Of a stretch of 64,000 nucleotides of DNA, positions 12,931 to 23,639 are shown in pieces (the stretch's first letter is position 1; every line of letters starts with the position of its first letter). The position numbers were made by a program, and so were the translations under genes. The DNA is from Eukaryota sp. TZLM1-RC (taxonomy: Eukaryota; Protista; Metamonada: BaSk clade), in assembly GCA_040285825.1 (NCBI GenBank), contig JAUPSS010000002.1, positions 2,666,001 to 2,730,000 on the forward strand, written 5' to 3'. Under the pieces are notes generated by a model. The model saw nothing but the letters and a program-made list of their open reading frames with translations. It was not told where the DNA came from and did not search any database.

Positions 12931-14718
12931 CTAAGCCAGTTGAAGTCTCTTCTTATAATCTTCTAAACTGACTGATGTTCTGTCTGATTCGCCAAACTTT
13001 TTAAATAAAGTGCTAGATTCTTGAACCCTGGAAATTGCAGAATTTCTTTTTAAATACTGATGAACAATTATATCATCAGATGACAGTGTTTGGTCTAAAT
13101 CATCAGCAATAACGTGATCCATGACGTCACCAGTTAATTTGAAATATTCAAACTCAGGTTTAGTTTTTTCCGCTATTTTTGCCCCAATCATGGTTTCCAT
13201 TAGCCAGTTTTTAACCTTTTGATCACAGTCAAGTACATTCAACTGAGTTTTGACCTCTTCTTCAATCTCCTTCTTAAGTTTGTCCAAATCAACTTTGGGT
13301 TTCTCCGACTTTTCAACTTTAAGACTCTTCTGTTTCAATAAAGCTGCCATTTTAGATTGTCTATTTTTTAATCTATTTCTTTTAGATATTTCTTGTAAAG
13401 CGTACTGCTGTGAAGCGGGAATTTGAAGTTTTCTTTCCGCCTCTATTAATTTTTTCTTTTGATCCACATAAGAGTCCAAATGATCATCATCAGTTAACTT
13501 CAACTTTTCTTGTAATTTGCCTTCGATATGTTGTCTCAACAGTTGCTTAGTAGTCTTAACCCCACTAGTTTTTAACCTTTCCTGAATATCAGACTCGGTC
13601 ATTTTCTTTGTTCGCCCATAAAACTCTTTAACAAGAGCAACCACCTCCCCTCTCGACGGCAAGTTTCCTTTATTTCTCAGTTTGATTAAATACTCTTCCT
13701 CTTCAGGTTTGTCAATGCTCATGGTGACCTCTGCTTTGTGAATAGGAAGTGGTGGAGGTAAAGAGTTTGAGGTACGCGACAGTTCTTCATGAACAGTATT
13801 GGTGTCGTCTAAATCAGACGCATTGGCAGGAACAATAACCAAAGGCTTTTTAGTTGGGTCATTTAAGTTTTTAAACCCTAGAATGGGTAGCAAAACGTGT
13901 CGCGGTTGTGGTTGATTGATTGAAGAGCTGTCGATTGATGCCATCCTAACCAGCATTCCCTTGGCCAAATTTTCTATATTTGGAAATTTCAATTTAGAAA
14001 ATATCTGGTCCCGAGTTAAAATCATTGATCTAACTGTAACAGCATCCAAAGGCTCATCATCAATCACGTCATCGGCAACTGATGACATGACTGATGACGT
14101 CAGCATTGAGCTCTCATTTGATTTTAAAACCTTAGCTTCTTCTTTTGCCAACTTGGTCTTGGCTTTGTCCATTACAGTATCTTCATCACTAGCATAGTCT
14201 TCATACTCTTCTTCACTTATTTCTTCACCTCCTTCATCGAAAATGTCACCGGAATCGAGCTCATCAATGTTAACTCCCCGTCGTTTAGGCTTTTTTGGGG
14301 TTTTGGGCTTCTTTTGTCTTCGTTTAATGTCCTTGAGGGCTGCAGCTTTGGCTTTTCTTGTACTTTTCCTTTGTGCAACTTCCCAGTCTTCATCAGATTC
14401 TCTGTCAGGTTCCTCTTCTGAAGGTTCGAATAGGTCATCGTCTTCTTCATAGACAGGACGAGCAACCTTTCTTTTGGGGGCAGGGGTGGGGATAGATTGG
14501 AGTTTGGCAGCTTGAGCAACAACAGATGCCATGTCTGGGGCTGATATGGAGGAAGAAACACGTTTACGAAGAGCAAGAGATTCCTTTTCCTTTTGGAGCT
14601 TTTCATGACGCTCAGCCAAGACTTGTTCACGTTCAAGTGCAGTAAGATTAGCTAGGTATTCCTTGTCCTCTTCTCCATAGATAAGTTCTGGGTCAAAGTT
14701 GATGAGGGAAGGATGCAT
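12931..14718 (-). CDS. RTF1: Paf1 complex subunit Rtf1 (Plus-3 domain)
   Basis: EEDKEYLANLTALEREQVLAER (Rtf1 N-terminal motif); LTRDQIF...P.....KGMLVRM (start of the Plus-3 domain); intact 595-aa ORF. Confidence 0.75.
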   Translation of the reverse strand: MHPSLINFDPELIYGEEDKEYLANLTALEREQVLAERHEKLQKEKESLALRKRVSSSISAPDMASVVAQAAKLQSIPTPAPKRKVARPVYEEDDDLFEPSEEEPDRESDEDWEVAQRKSTRKAKAAALKDIKRRQKKPKTPKKPKRRGVNIDELDSGDIFDEGGEEISEEEYEDYASDEDTVMDKAKTKLAKEEAKVLKSNESSMLTSSVMSSVADDVIDDEPLDAVTVRSMILTRDQIFSKLKFPNIENLAKGMLVRMASIDSSSINQPQPRHVLLPILGFKNLNDPTKKPLVIVPANASDLDDTNTVHEELSRTSNSLPPPLPIHKAEVTMSIDKPEEEEYLIKLRNKGNLPSRGEVVALVKEFYGRTKKMTESDIQERLKTSGVKTTKQLLRQHIEGKLQEKLKLTDDDHLDSYVDQKKKLIEAERKLQIPASQQYALQEISKRNRLKNRQSKMAALLKQKSLKVEKSEKPKVDLDKLKKEIEEEVKTQLNVLDCDQKVKNWLMETMIGAKIAEKTKPEFEYFKLTGDVMDHVIADDLDQTLSSDDIIVHQYLKRNSAISRVQESSTLFKKFGESDRTSVSLEDYKKRLQLA

Positions 14719-14784
14719 TGTTGAAAAGTGTTGAGAAGTAAATTTTGTAGGCTTATTCTCTTTTTCTTTTTTTTAAAAAAAAGC

Positions 14785-16385
14785 AAATTTTTATTCAACA
14801 ACAAATATGAAATACACAATTATAACTCCACATCCTCAAAACCTGCCTCCCCTACATCAAAACAATATTCTTTTAATATTCAATAATTCTTTTTTTTTGA
14901 GAATTTTTAATTTATTACTTTCAAAAAACTAAACACAAATACTAAAATCTCTATTGGCCGAGCCAAGACGAACATTAAAATCCAAGCCTTCACCAATTAT
15001 TGTTAATTTTTGTTGCAATTGTTTTACACAATACCTCAAATTAACTAGTGTTCTAGGTGGTTTTTCCTGCACATTATCGGGACAGCATTTGCCCCAGAAT
15101 TCAGAAGGCAAAAAATCAAACGCACTGTCACGGTCTCTTAAATAATTATTACTTGTAGAATTCAATAAATCAACATCATTTTAACAAGTTATATTTATTT
15201 AACATGCACACTTAATTAAATTAACTCATAGCTAATGGGACGACTATCATTATCATTGAACCAAGATTTCCTCTACAAAATCTTGATCTGCTTGCTGTCT
15301 AGCTTAAGCTTCTCTTATTCGATTGAAAAACCGAGGTAATCTATTAATAATGGCAAATTGAATCCGTGAACGCCATAAAAATATATCAAATCTTTTCATT
15401 GATTTTCCTGCACCATTTTTTGGAAGTCATTCAAAAAAGTTTCTGCTTCAACTGATAATCTGCCATTTATCGAAAATGGGAAAGCAATAAAAACCAGCTG
15501 TGTATTTCTATCGACATTAGCCTCTTCAATATCTTTATCATATTTTCTATGTTTTTCTTTTGCTTTAAAGTCCAGAGCAGCCACAGGATTAAGTTTTCTT
15601 CTGTGAACCAAAGTATCATTTGCAACATTAGATGAGACAAAGTCAACAATAGCTTCAGAATTATCAATCCAATCACAGTATACATCACCTCTATCATCAG
15701 AACCAAAATTATTCAGAGAAAGTGTTTCCTTCAGCAGGGGCTCTTTGATACACGATATCCTTGCAGTTTGTGCCATATTGAAAACAGTGTCTCTAACAGC
15801 ATCATGTAATGAAGAACGATAAGTTATCAATTTAGAGCAATTCAGAGCATGGCTCAAAGTGAGTTGAGGTGAATTCGAACAAATACATTTTTCTTTTGAT
15901 AATAATTGATTAATGGGGATGTTCAAATATAATCTCATTTTTGTTACAAATGCTTCATTAGTGGCACACAACCCGAATCTTCGTGGTACAATAGTTACAA
16001 AAAGTGAAGAATCTGATGACTTGTTTTCACAAACACCCTTTTCCAATAACAATGAGTGAAGATCTTGATTTAAAACAGCCGAGCTGCATATATTATTATA
16101 AAAATCATTTTCATACATTCCAGTCAATCGTTTCTGTAATGTTCGAAGAGTGTACTTCAAATTTAAAACATTGTTATCTGGAATATTGCCATTGAATGAT
16201 TGGGGAAAGCATCGACTCGAAACATCATTGGGGAAACGGTTGCAAAATTCAAACACAAAATTTTTCCCTCCACCAGGAGAAACAGCTTGACAGAGAATAG
16301 ACGTTTTAGTGAATTAATTCCACCAAATATAGATGCTGAAAATACATGACTTCGAATTAGATCAGGATTGACAAAGATGCAAATA
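14785..16385 (-). mobile_element. Degenerate RLE non-LTR retrotransposon, family 2, split by a nested family-3 copy
   Basis: 14785-14866 matches the 3' end at 47580-47670; 14930-15180 plus 16221-16385 together match the contiguous copy at 26655-27050. Confidence 0.7.
15181..16220 (-). mobile_element. 5'-truncated RLE non-LTR retrotransposon, family 3, nested insertion
   Basis: CICS..HALNC, HDAVRD, RGDV, KEKHRKY; 9-bp TSD AACATCATT at 15172-15180 and 16221-16229; matches 40819-41988. Confidence 0.85.
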
Positions 16386-16570
16386 ATTTTGTTCTTAAAT
16401 AATTACATGAGCGGCCTAAAGCACGTAATATCAGAAAAAGTTGTTCTTGAAATGTGAGTAATTTTACCGGAGTAATATGGTAGCAAATTTATCATTTTAC
16501 AAGTTCAATAACGATGTACATGCAAACAAAATACAAAACATTTACTAATACAACTTAGACTAAAACAAAA

Positions 16571-17923
16571 CTAAATACAACTCTTAATTGAATTAACTAA
16601 CTTCTTATTCAGATCGATTTCAGCTTGTGAAACTCCTTCCTTCCGTTGCTTCTTTTCCAAAACTTGTTGATCTAAAGCTTTCTTACATTCCAGCATTTCC
16701 TTTTTCTTCTTCAATTGTCTTTGCTTTTCCAGTTCTTCAGCCATCTTGGCTTGTAGTTCCACATTTTTAGCATATTCAAGATGATCATCGAGCTCGGCTT
16801 TGACTAGCTGTTCATGTTCTTTCTTCTGTTTATTGAGCGTTTCAATCACTTCACGTTGTTTTTTGACCTTCTCCAACTTTGCTTTCCGTTCACGTTCTTT
16901 GACCAATTCAATGACCTTCCTCCTATGCTCAACACTCATCTGAGCCCACTTACAAAGTCGTTGTTGGGCACTCTCTTGAACTTTTTCTTCATAAATAGGA
17001 GCAATAACAGATTGAGTAGACTTCCATTTTTCAATAGTTTGTCTTTGTTTCGAGATAGATTGTTCGTGAGCAGCGTGAAACCTCTCGACAAAAGAGTCTT
17101 CATTATTAGAATCATTCTCGTTTTCTGTTTGACTTCTCTTTTCCTTTAATTGTAAATCCAATTGTTTCCTGTATTCAAGAGCTTTAATACAGACCTCTTC
17201 TCTTTTCTTTTCTTCTTCAGTTTTTAGATTCTCTTTAATAGCTTGTAATTCAGCTAATTCTGATTCCAATCTCATTCTCTTTCTCTTTGCTTCATTGTCA
17301 AGCTTATCATTGATCTGAGCTTCTAGGTCTTTGCGAATCTTGGTTTGGTCTTGGCAGGTCTCCTTTCTGATCCTCCTTTTTTGATCTACGACTGACCTCT
17401 TTTCAGACTCCTTCAAATTTTTCATTTCCAATTCTAATTCAGCTTCACGTTGCCTCTGTGCAGCGAGTTGCTTTTCCTGCAACTGCGCGGCGAGTTCTTT
17501 CCTAGTGAGCTGCTGACACTGTTTCTTCTTGGTCTTCTGTTCATTTTGTTGCTTTTCTTCAACTTTTTTGTTGTAGAAGGCGATTGCTGCGTAGAGGTCT
17601 TCCTCAGGTTCGGGTAGTCTTTGTTGGGAGGTCTTGCATGGAGATGTGGGAATAACTGGTAGAACAGAGTTGGCTAGATCGTCATGAATCGGTAAGGGTT
17701 TTGGTTTAGGTGACGATAAAGACTGAGTTGCAGGAGAAGAGGGAGTAGCAGGACTTCGACGAGGGCTTAATTGAGGAAGATGGTCTTCAGAAGTGTATTC
17801 AGCTTTGGTGATAGCCTTAACAGGAGAGTCCTTTTTGCAATTAAACTTAGATACTCGTTGCTTGGCATTCTCGCGCTCAAGAGTAGCTTGAAGACGTTGA
17901 ATTCGTTGCGGAGATCTAGTCAT
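16571..17923 (-). CDS. Coiled-coil protein (E/K/Q-rich; trichohyalin-plectin-homology-like, possibly ciliary)
   Basis: Intact 450-aa ORF; L..Q...K repeats; C-terminal EIDLNKKL. Confidence 0.6.
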   Translation of the reverse strand: MTRSPQRIQRLQATLERENAKQRVSKFNCKKDSPVKAITKAEYTSEDHLPQLSPRRSPATPSSPATQSLSSPKPKPLPIHDDLANSVLPVIPTSPCKTSQQRLPEPEEDLYAAIAFYNKKVEEKQQNEQKTKKKQCQQLTRKELAAQLQEKQLAAQRQREAELELEMKNLKESEKRSVVDQKRRIRKETCQDQTKIRKDLEAQINDKLDNEAKRKRMRLESELAELQAIKENLKTEEEKKREEVCIKALEYRKQLDLQLKEKRSQTENENDSNNEDSFVERFHAAHEQSISKQRQTIEKWKSTQSVIAPIYEEKVQESAQQRLCKWAQMSVEHRRKVIELVKERERKAKLEKVKKQREVIETLNKQKKEHEQLVKAELDDHLEYAKNVELQAKMAEELEKQRQLKKKKEMLECKKALDQQVLEKKQRKEGVSQAEIDLNKKLVNSIKSCI

Positions 17924-17928
17924 TGAAA

Positions 17929-18075
17929 CAGATGATGTCTATAACAATGAAATAAGTGTCCTCTTTTACACCGATGTGGAGGGACTGAGTTTTTGAGAGG
18001 TGGAAGATTTTCTCATTGATACCTTTTTCTTTGAACCTTTGTCAATCTTGGCTCTCTGCAGGTATACCGGTCTAT
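17929..18075 (-). mobile_element. Right end of a Fanzor family F element (DRPVYLQR C-terminus plus candidate omegaRNA)
   Basis: Matches 31210-31282 joined to 34051-34133; last about 50 nt also match 61327-61376. Confidence 0.65.
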
Positions 18076-18077
18076 CT

Positions 18078-18540
18078 CAAAACAATATGGTGAATATTCC
18101 AAAATCATTTAAATTAGATTGAAAAAATTCAGATATATTCTGACTGATGTTGATTCCAAGTTTTTCAAAAATTATTGAATTAATTTTTTGATGTTGATCT
18201 TCATTATGACGAAGACTATCAAAAAGAAAAGCTTTTACTGTTCTGGATTTGATCCAGAATGCAACAAGTACCCAATGTTGCCCAATGGTAAATTGTTAAC
18301 CGATGCAATCTAATTTGATTGATGAAATGCATCATTATAGGGTAGAAGAATCAATGTATTTTCTTCAACGCCAGAATTGATAAATTGTGAGCAAAAATCC
18401 TCTTGAACAAATCCTCTAAACAACAATAGGGCTGATGCAATGGACCAAACAAGTATTTTGTGATGTGACAGTGAAGTTGATGACTGATTGATAAAGTTGT
18501 TTATTGAATCAGTAATTTGTTCATTATCTAACCACCTGTC
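18078..18540 (-). pseudogene. Ulp1/SENP (C48) cysteine protease remnant
   Basis: Manual translation: RWLDNEQI...LILLPYND, (stop, frameshift) GQHWVLVAFW...FLFDSL...QSN / NDFGIF (DCG with Cys replaced by Phe). Confidence 0.6.
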
Positions 18541-18719
18541 TTTAACATCATCACTTTGTTGCCCTCAACCTAATAAATTAATTTTTTAAAATATATATTG
18601 CTATTATAAAAGGGAATTAAATTTATCTAATTTTTGATAAAATAATTATACAACATTTTATCAGATAGGTCAACAATCTCTCCAAAATAAACACAAAGTA
18701 AATTGTTGCCTCCTATAAA

Positions 18720-19290
18720 GAGGCTTTGGGTGGGAACACTGATGTGTGAAACACAAACAGCTTCCAAGTTCGTGCCCAGACACGACCAAATTCCTAGATA
18801 ATGTGTTTTTTTGAAGGATTTATAAAATGTTTATTAATCAATAATGTTGAACAATTTATTAAAAAAATTATAAAAACCTCATGATGGACTACTTGGACAC
18901 ATTGACCCTTCTCAACCAAAAAAGAGGAAGAGTCAATCTGACCAAGTAGTCTATTTTCAACCAAATGGTAACGAGAGTCTTCATGAGAAACAGTTCCCTT
19001 TTTACATTTGGTTGAACAACAACTCACCTGTGAAGGTGGAATCTCAGGAGGGCTGGAAATGAGCTCCCAGTAGGGCTCAATGCAAGCTTGCTCCTGGATG
19101 GTTTCACTCAGCAGTGAATCCATATAATTCTGAATCCTCTTTGGACCAAGGGGCGCGTCTGACATGCAGTGAAAATATTGAGCTTATTTATCAAATTTTG
19201 CACTTGCCACCCCATTCTCGACTTCTGGTTGCCTATTCTGGCAAGTTTTTAACCTTCAACTTGGTTCTTGGAGGTTTTCACTTTTCATTC
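18720..19290 (-). pseudogene. Degenerate 5' part of a Fanzor C-related element
   Basis: 19163-19290 is homologous to 31690-31818, up to and including the ATG; ORF begins MSDAPLGPKRIQNYMDSLL versus ...FLNSLL in C1. Confidence 0.4.
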
Positions 19291-19458
19291 ATTTCACCAA
19301 CATTCAGCAGCAATCTCAACGACTATCTGACATTTTTGTGCTATTAGACGATGTCACCAGGTTCTAGTCATCCACAACCATTCGCAACTCCGCCAAGACT
19401 GCCACCAGTTCTTTGGCTCTACTGATACTGCCTACCGTTGTAGTGTGTGTTACAAAAA

Positions 19459-20315
19459 CTACCAACAACGCCATCCTGAGTTAGTGTCAGGTACTTCTCC
19501 CACCCATACGGAGTCTTCGCCGCTGCTTGTTTCAGGAACTTGCGATAGACAGTTTCTTCTGTTGTGGCCTTCTCCGCGACATAAACCACATCTTCTCGGT
19601 TTTTTGTCCTTCTCAGCAGTCTTCTTTTTCTGATTTCTCTGCGAAGTAGATGATCCATTTTCGAAATCTTTTGTTTGAGTTTTTGGTCTCTCGAAAATGG
19701 ATGGTCTACCTTCCCCGTTGATTGCAGATGTTTTGATGAAATATATATTTATGGCAGAGTTGAAGTCTCCATTCCAATACGTGCTGCATGTCTGACACTT
19801 CACTAAACCCCACGGTGTTGCTTTTGCTTTTTCTTCTAGTGAATCCTTCTGTTCACCCCATTCTTGTTGAAAATCTCTTTTTCTAGTAGGATTGTTTTGA
19901 TTAAATAAATCAATTTCTTGTTTTAACTTTTTTGCTTTTCTTTTTAGTTGTCATTTGCCCTTAAGACCTAACACTTTAACACTAGAATCGTTGACACATT
20001 CTGCAAATTTTCCCTTGGCAGCACAACTGGAACAAGATTTACTCGTTCTATATTCATCAACTAGGAAATTTCGAGAACCAAATCTTCTCAATAGTTTGCG
20101 AATTTCGGTTCATCTTATGGTTGTCCTCATATATCATTAGTATAGTATTTGGTACTTTTTCTGTCAAATTGGCGTTCATCGGCAGTAGATTTGAACGTGT
20201 TCCAACAGTGTTTGGGTTTCAGCCGTGCATAATCAGAGTCAGAGTTTATAATGATGTAGTCATTGAAATTGTCTGAGTCAAAATCTTTTTTCCTGTTTAC
20301 GGGATGGTGACTCAA
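19459..20315 (-). pseudogene. Fanzor family D, C-terminal half, with an in-frame C-terminal CCHC knuckle
   Basis: LLRRFG..NFLVDEYRTSKSCSSC...(TGA)...WGLVKCQTCSTYWNGDFNSAINI...GEGRPSIFER...RRCGLCRGEGHNRRNC. Confidence 0.8.
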
Positions 20316-20717
20316 ATCATTGTCTCCAGCTCAGATGATGAGACCTTTCCTTTTTGTGAACTACTCTCTACCTATACGAGTTTGTCTCCTACGTCTGGTG
20401 AACAGAAAATTTGCATTCCATTCTCTTCGCATGTTATCGTTAAAGTCTTGGATTTCTTAGAATGGTTGTCGATACATGAAAACATTGTTTACTGTGAGTC
20501 TGCCAAGAAAGATTTTCATAGGGATTTCTTGGATATGAACACCTCCTTTGCAGTTGAACTGTATAAGTTTGCCTGTCAGTTTGATGTTCGTAAACTCAAA
20601 GAATTGATCAAGGCCGACTTTATGGACTTTGTTAAATCCCACTCTGAACCCACTGTTCTGAAATATTTTTCCATGTGTAGTTCACTACAAGAAGTTATTA
20701 ATCTTGTGAATTGTTGA
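20304..20717 (+). CDS. Divergent Skp1-like (BTB/POZ) protein
   Basis: IIVSSSDDETF, IPFSSHVIVKVLDFLE, DFLDMN...ELYKFACQFDVRKL parallel Skp1 motifs. Confidence 0.6.
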   Translation: MVTQIIVSSSDDETFPFCELLSTYTSLSPTSGEQKICIPFSSHVIVKVLDFLEWLSIHENIVYCESAKKDFHRDFLDMNTSFAVELYKFACQFDVRKLKELIKADFMDFVKSHSEPTVLKYFSMCSSLQEVINLVNC

Positions 20718-21220
20718 TTCTTTAGTCTCATTTTTGTAAAATAGTTGTGTTTTTTAATTTATTTATTTATTTATTTTTAACAATTGAGAATTGTCGAGGT
20801 CAGTATAAGAGATCTCAAATGTATCAAATACACAAACCTAGCTTGATTATCTCTATATTTTAAGAATTAGTTTGTTTATTAAACTAGTGTTATCAGTAGG
20901 CCATAAAGTTAATGATTTGAAGTGTTATGCTGTAAGGAGAGAAATTTGATACGAACATTCCATGCTTTGACGCATTTTAGCTCTTATCTAAAGATGTCCT
21001 TAGAGTGTGCTAATTGCTCAATCATAGATCTACAAGTAAATCATAGAGTCCATAATGACATTAGGTGTAGCTTCCTTTCTCTATTACATGAAGCAACAAC
21101 TGGGAACAATTACTTAATAGTAGTGGCAAAAAATTAAATTAAAAATTAAATACCTAGTAGATTAGGTATTTAGTTACTATGTATGTAATTTGTAATCACT
21201 CTGTAATGTGCCTCTAGCAT

Positions 21221-22606
21221 ATGACCTCTTGTAACCTGCATAAACATCTACTTAATTTATGTAGCTACATTCAAGAATCTTTGAACCAGTTTCAACCCTG
21301 CGCTGAAGGGTATCATCAACACCAAATCCTCCAACGACTCCTTGTTCTTCTCCAGCAGTACCAAACAGGCCTCACTTATGCTGTGACTGTTGCTGATATC
21401 CATCGCCACCTCACTTCCGAGCTAAACCGACCTAATCCATCCTCTCAGACACATCTCCCACTATTTTCCTTTGAGAAACTCCCACCTAAGGGCGAACCTG
21501 TCACTTTCAAGTTTTCGTTGTCCAAAATAACCCATTTTATCACCAATCCTATCCCAGTCACTCAGTCTGAACTTCCCTGTTTTGCCTTGGTTCATCCCAG
21601 CAGTCATTTATTGGAGACATTAGACTTGGATAAGTTTACGTTAAATTCATTTGGAATGGTGGTAAAACATGGAAATGTGACTTTCATTTATCCCAATTAT
21701 TTATTCCTAACCGCAAGTGACCTTGATATGTCGACAGTGCGCAAATGGGTTATAACAGATGATCTTATTCAGTATAATGCGAAAATTTCGTACATTTCAG
21801 ACACACATTTGAGCAACTCTGTGGAAACTTGGCCAAATATTCGTTTACGAGTGGGGGTTCAAAAAGAAGATCATGATGACGTGATTGAGGAGAATTCTGT
21901 TGACTTTACCACCAGTTCAGTTGCTAGCATTTGTTTTGATGGTGATTGGACTTGTATAAGGAGTTTGTTAAAATTGAATAACCAATTATTTATGCATAAT
22001 TTTGCCTACAATGCGGCTGGTAAATCACTTCACGTGACCAATCAATCAATTTGCATTTGTGCCACGTCATCGCAGTCAACAAAGGTCAAGGAAAACATGG
22101 TCGTTGCTGGTATTATTACAAAAATTACAATTCCTTCAGAAAATCCGCCTGTTTATGCTCTTAAAATTGAAAATGCAACTGCGAAAATTCCCAAAATTTG
22201 GTGTCAGCTCATTTCCACGTCACCAGAAGCCACGTCATCAATCGTCAGCAATCTTGAATTGGGATCCTCAGTTGTTGTATATTTGAAAACATTAAGAGGA
22301 CGAAATGTGATTCAGGAATGTTACAATTTAAGTAGGTGCGAGAGTTTGCTAAGAACTGAATATTTCGCTGACAAGTCCTTGACAGCAGAAGAGATCACAT
22401 CGACAATTCCTGATTTCTTTATTGTGAATGGTTTAGTTTCAGCTGTGGAACCGGGGTCAATAGTGAAGGTTTTGACAAATGATGATTGTACCATTCATAT
22501 AAATATTAGATCAAAAATCCTTCCAAATGTTGGATCGAAATATTCATTTTTGGTCTCCAAAGTTGAAAATAAGTTTTATTGTTTTGCTTTTATTCTGAAA
22601 ACATGA
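21221..22606 (+). CDS. Hypothetical protein, beta-rich (possible OB folds)
   Basis: Intact 461-aa ORF; no motif confidently recognised. Confidence 0.55.
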   Translation: MTSCNLHKHLLNLCSYIQESLNQFQPCAEGYHQHQILQRLLVLLQQYQTGLTYAVTVADIHRHLTSELNRPNPSSQTHLPLFSFEKLPPKGEPVTFKFSLSKITHFITNPIPVTQSELPCFALVHPSSHLLETLDLDKFTLNSFGMVVKHGNVTFIYPNYLFLTASDLDMSTVRKWVITDDLIQYNAKISYISDTHLSNSVETWPNIRLRVGVQKEDHDDVIEENSVDFTTSSVASICFDGDWTCIRSLLKLNNQLFMHNFAYNAAGKSLHVTNQSICICATSSQSTKVKENMVVAGIITKITIPSENPPVYALKIENATAKIPKIWCQLISTSPEATSSIVSNLELGSSVVVYLKTLRGRNVIQECYNLSRCESLLRTEYFADKSLTAEEITSTIPDFFIVNGLVSAVEPGSIVKVLTNDDCTIHINIRSKILPNVGSKYSFLVSKVENKFYCFAFILKT

Positions 22607-22797
22607 GTACAAAGGACAAATTAATAATTTTTAAAAAAGGATATTTGATTGTGTCCAAGTGGTTTCAATAACAGCATCTATACATTTCAACACTGACAAT
22701 TCAGTGGCCAATCAATAACTTAATGTAACTACCAAAACTTTTACCAAAAACCTTAAATTAATCAATAAATAAACACTTTTTTCTTTTTTTGTATTAC

Positions 22798-23367
22798 TTA
22801 TAGTTCTCGATTCCGAACACTTTGATCAAATGAAACTTGGAATAGGGTCTGTTGAGGATGTTCTTCAGTTGGTTTATGCCCAGTTCTGATGGTGCAGGGA
22901 AACCCCAATCCACCAAGCATACCTTTAATGATTCCTGCTTGGAATGATGTAACTCTGATGAGGTCTGCACCTTGGGAATCTTTGAGGTCAGGAGGAGTGG
23001 AGAAGAAGGTGGCAACAAAAGGAGTAGTGTCCTTGATAATGTCTAGGGTTAGGGGATACACAGTAAATAACGAACATTCGAATGGTTTTCTTTCCCCAGC
23101 AGACATGGCATGCATGAGAACAAGAGACTGTCCAAAGTAGTGTTTCCATGCTTTGAGAATGGCTTGGAGAGCGTTGTTGTGGTTCAAAGGTCTTTTACCT
23201 TTAAGTTGTCTATAAACGATGGATTCAATAAGTTTATTGCCTATGGGAAAGCCTGTGCTTTCTAGCTTATCCATAAGATCATCAGCTCGTGATACTGTGG
23301 ATTGTATAGATCGTACAAGCTCACAGAATAGAACTCCGTAAACACTGTTAGAAATACCAGAAGACAT
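22798..23367 (-). CDS. TRAPPC5: TRAPP subunit Trs31/TRAPPC5; probable 33-nt in-frame intron at 23043-23075
   Basis: VLFCELVRSIQS.V....L..KLE..GFPIG.KL; F.AGIIKG.L.G.GFPC; intron GTTCGT...CTAACCCTAG restores EYIIKD. Confidence 0.85.
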   Translation of the reverse strand: MSSGISNSVYGVLFCELVRSIQSTVSRADDLMDKLESTGFPIGNKLIESIVYRQLKGKRPLNHNNALQAILKAWKHYFGQSLVLMHAMSAGERKPFECSLFTVYPLTLDIIKDTTPFVATFFSTPPDLKDSQGADLIRVTSFQAGIIKGMLGGLGFPCTIRTGHKPTEEHPQQTLFQVSFDQSVRNREL

Positions 23368-23639
23368 GATGAATTAAGTTGAAGTGTTCAAAAATAGTGA
23401 GAAAGCTCTTTTCTAAGCTCTTAATTTCTTGCCTTTAAGAATTTTCATTAGATATTGTTGTGCAGTACCCCCCTGATACCAACAGAGCCTTAATCCTTGT
23501 GATATCGGAAATAAGGAATATCAAAACCAGCAGCTTTCAGAGATCCTAAAAGAGTATCGCCTTCAAAAGATGCAGGTACTTTATGATCATCCCCATTTAT
23601 GTTTAGAAGGACAAAACTGATATATAATCTCTATATAAA

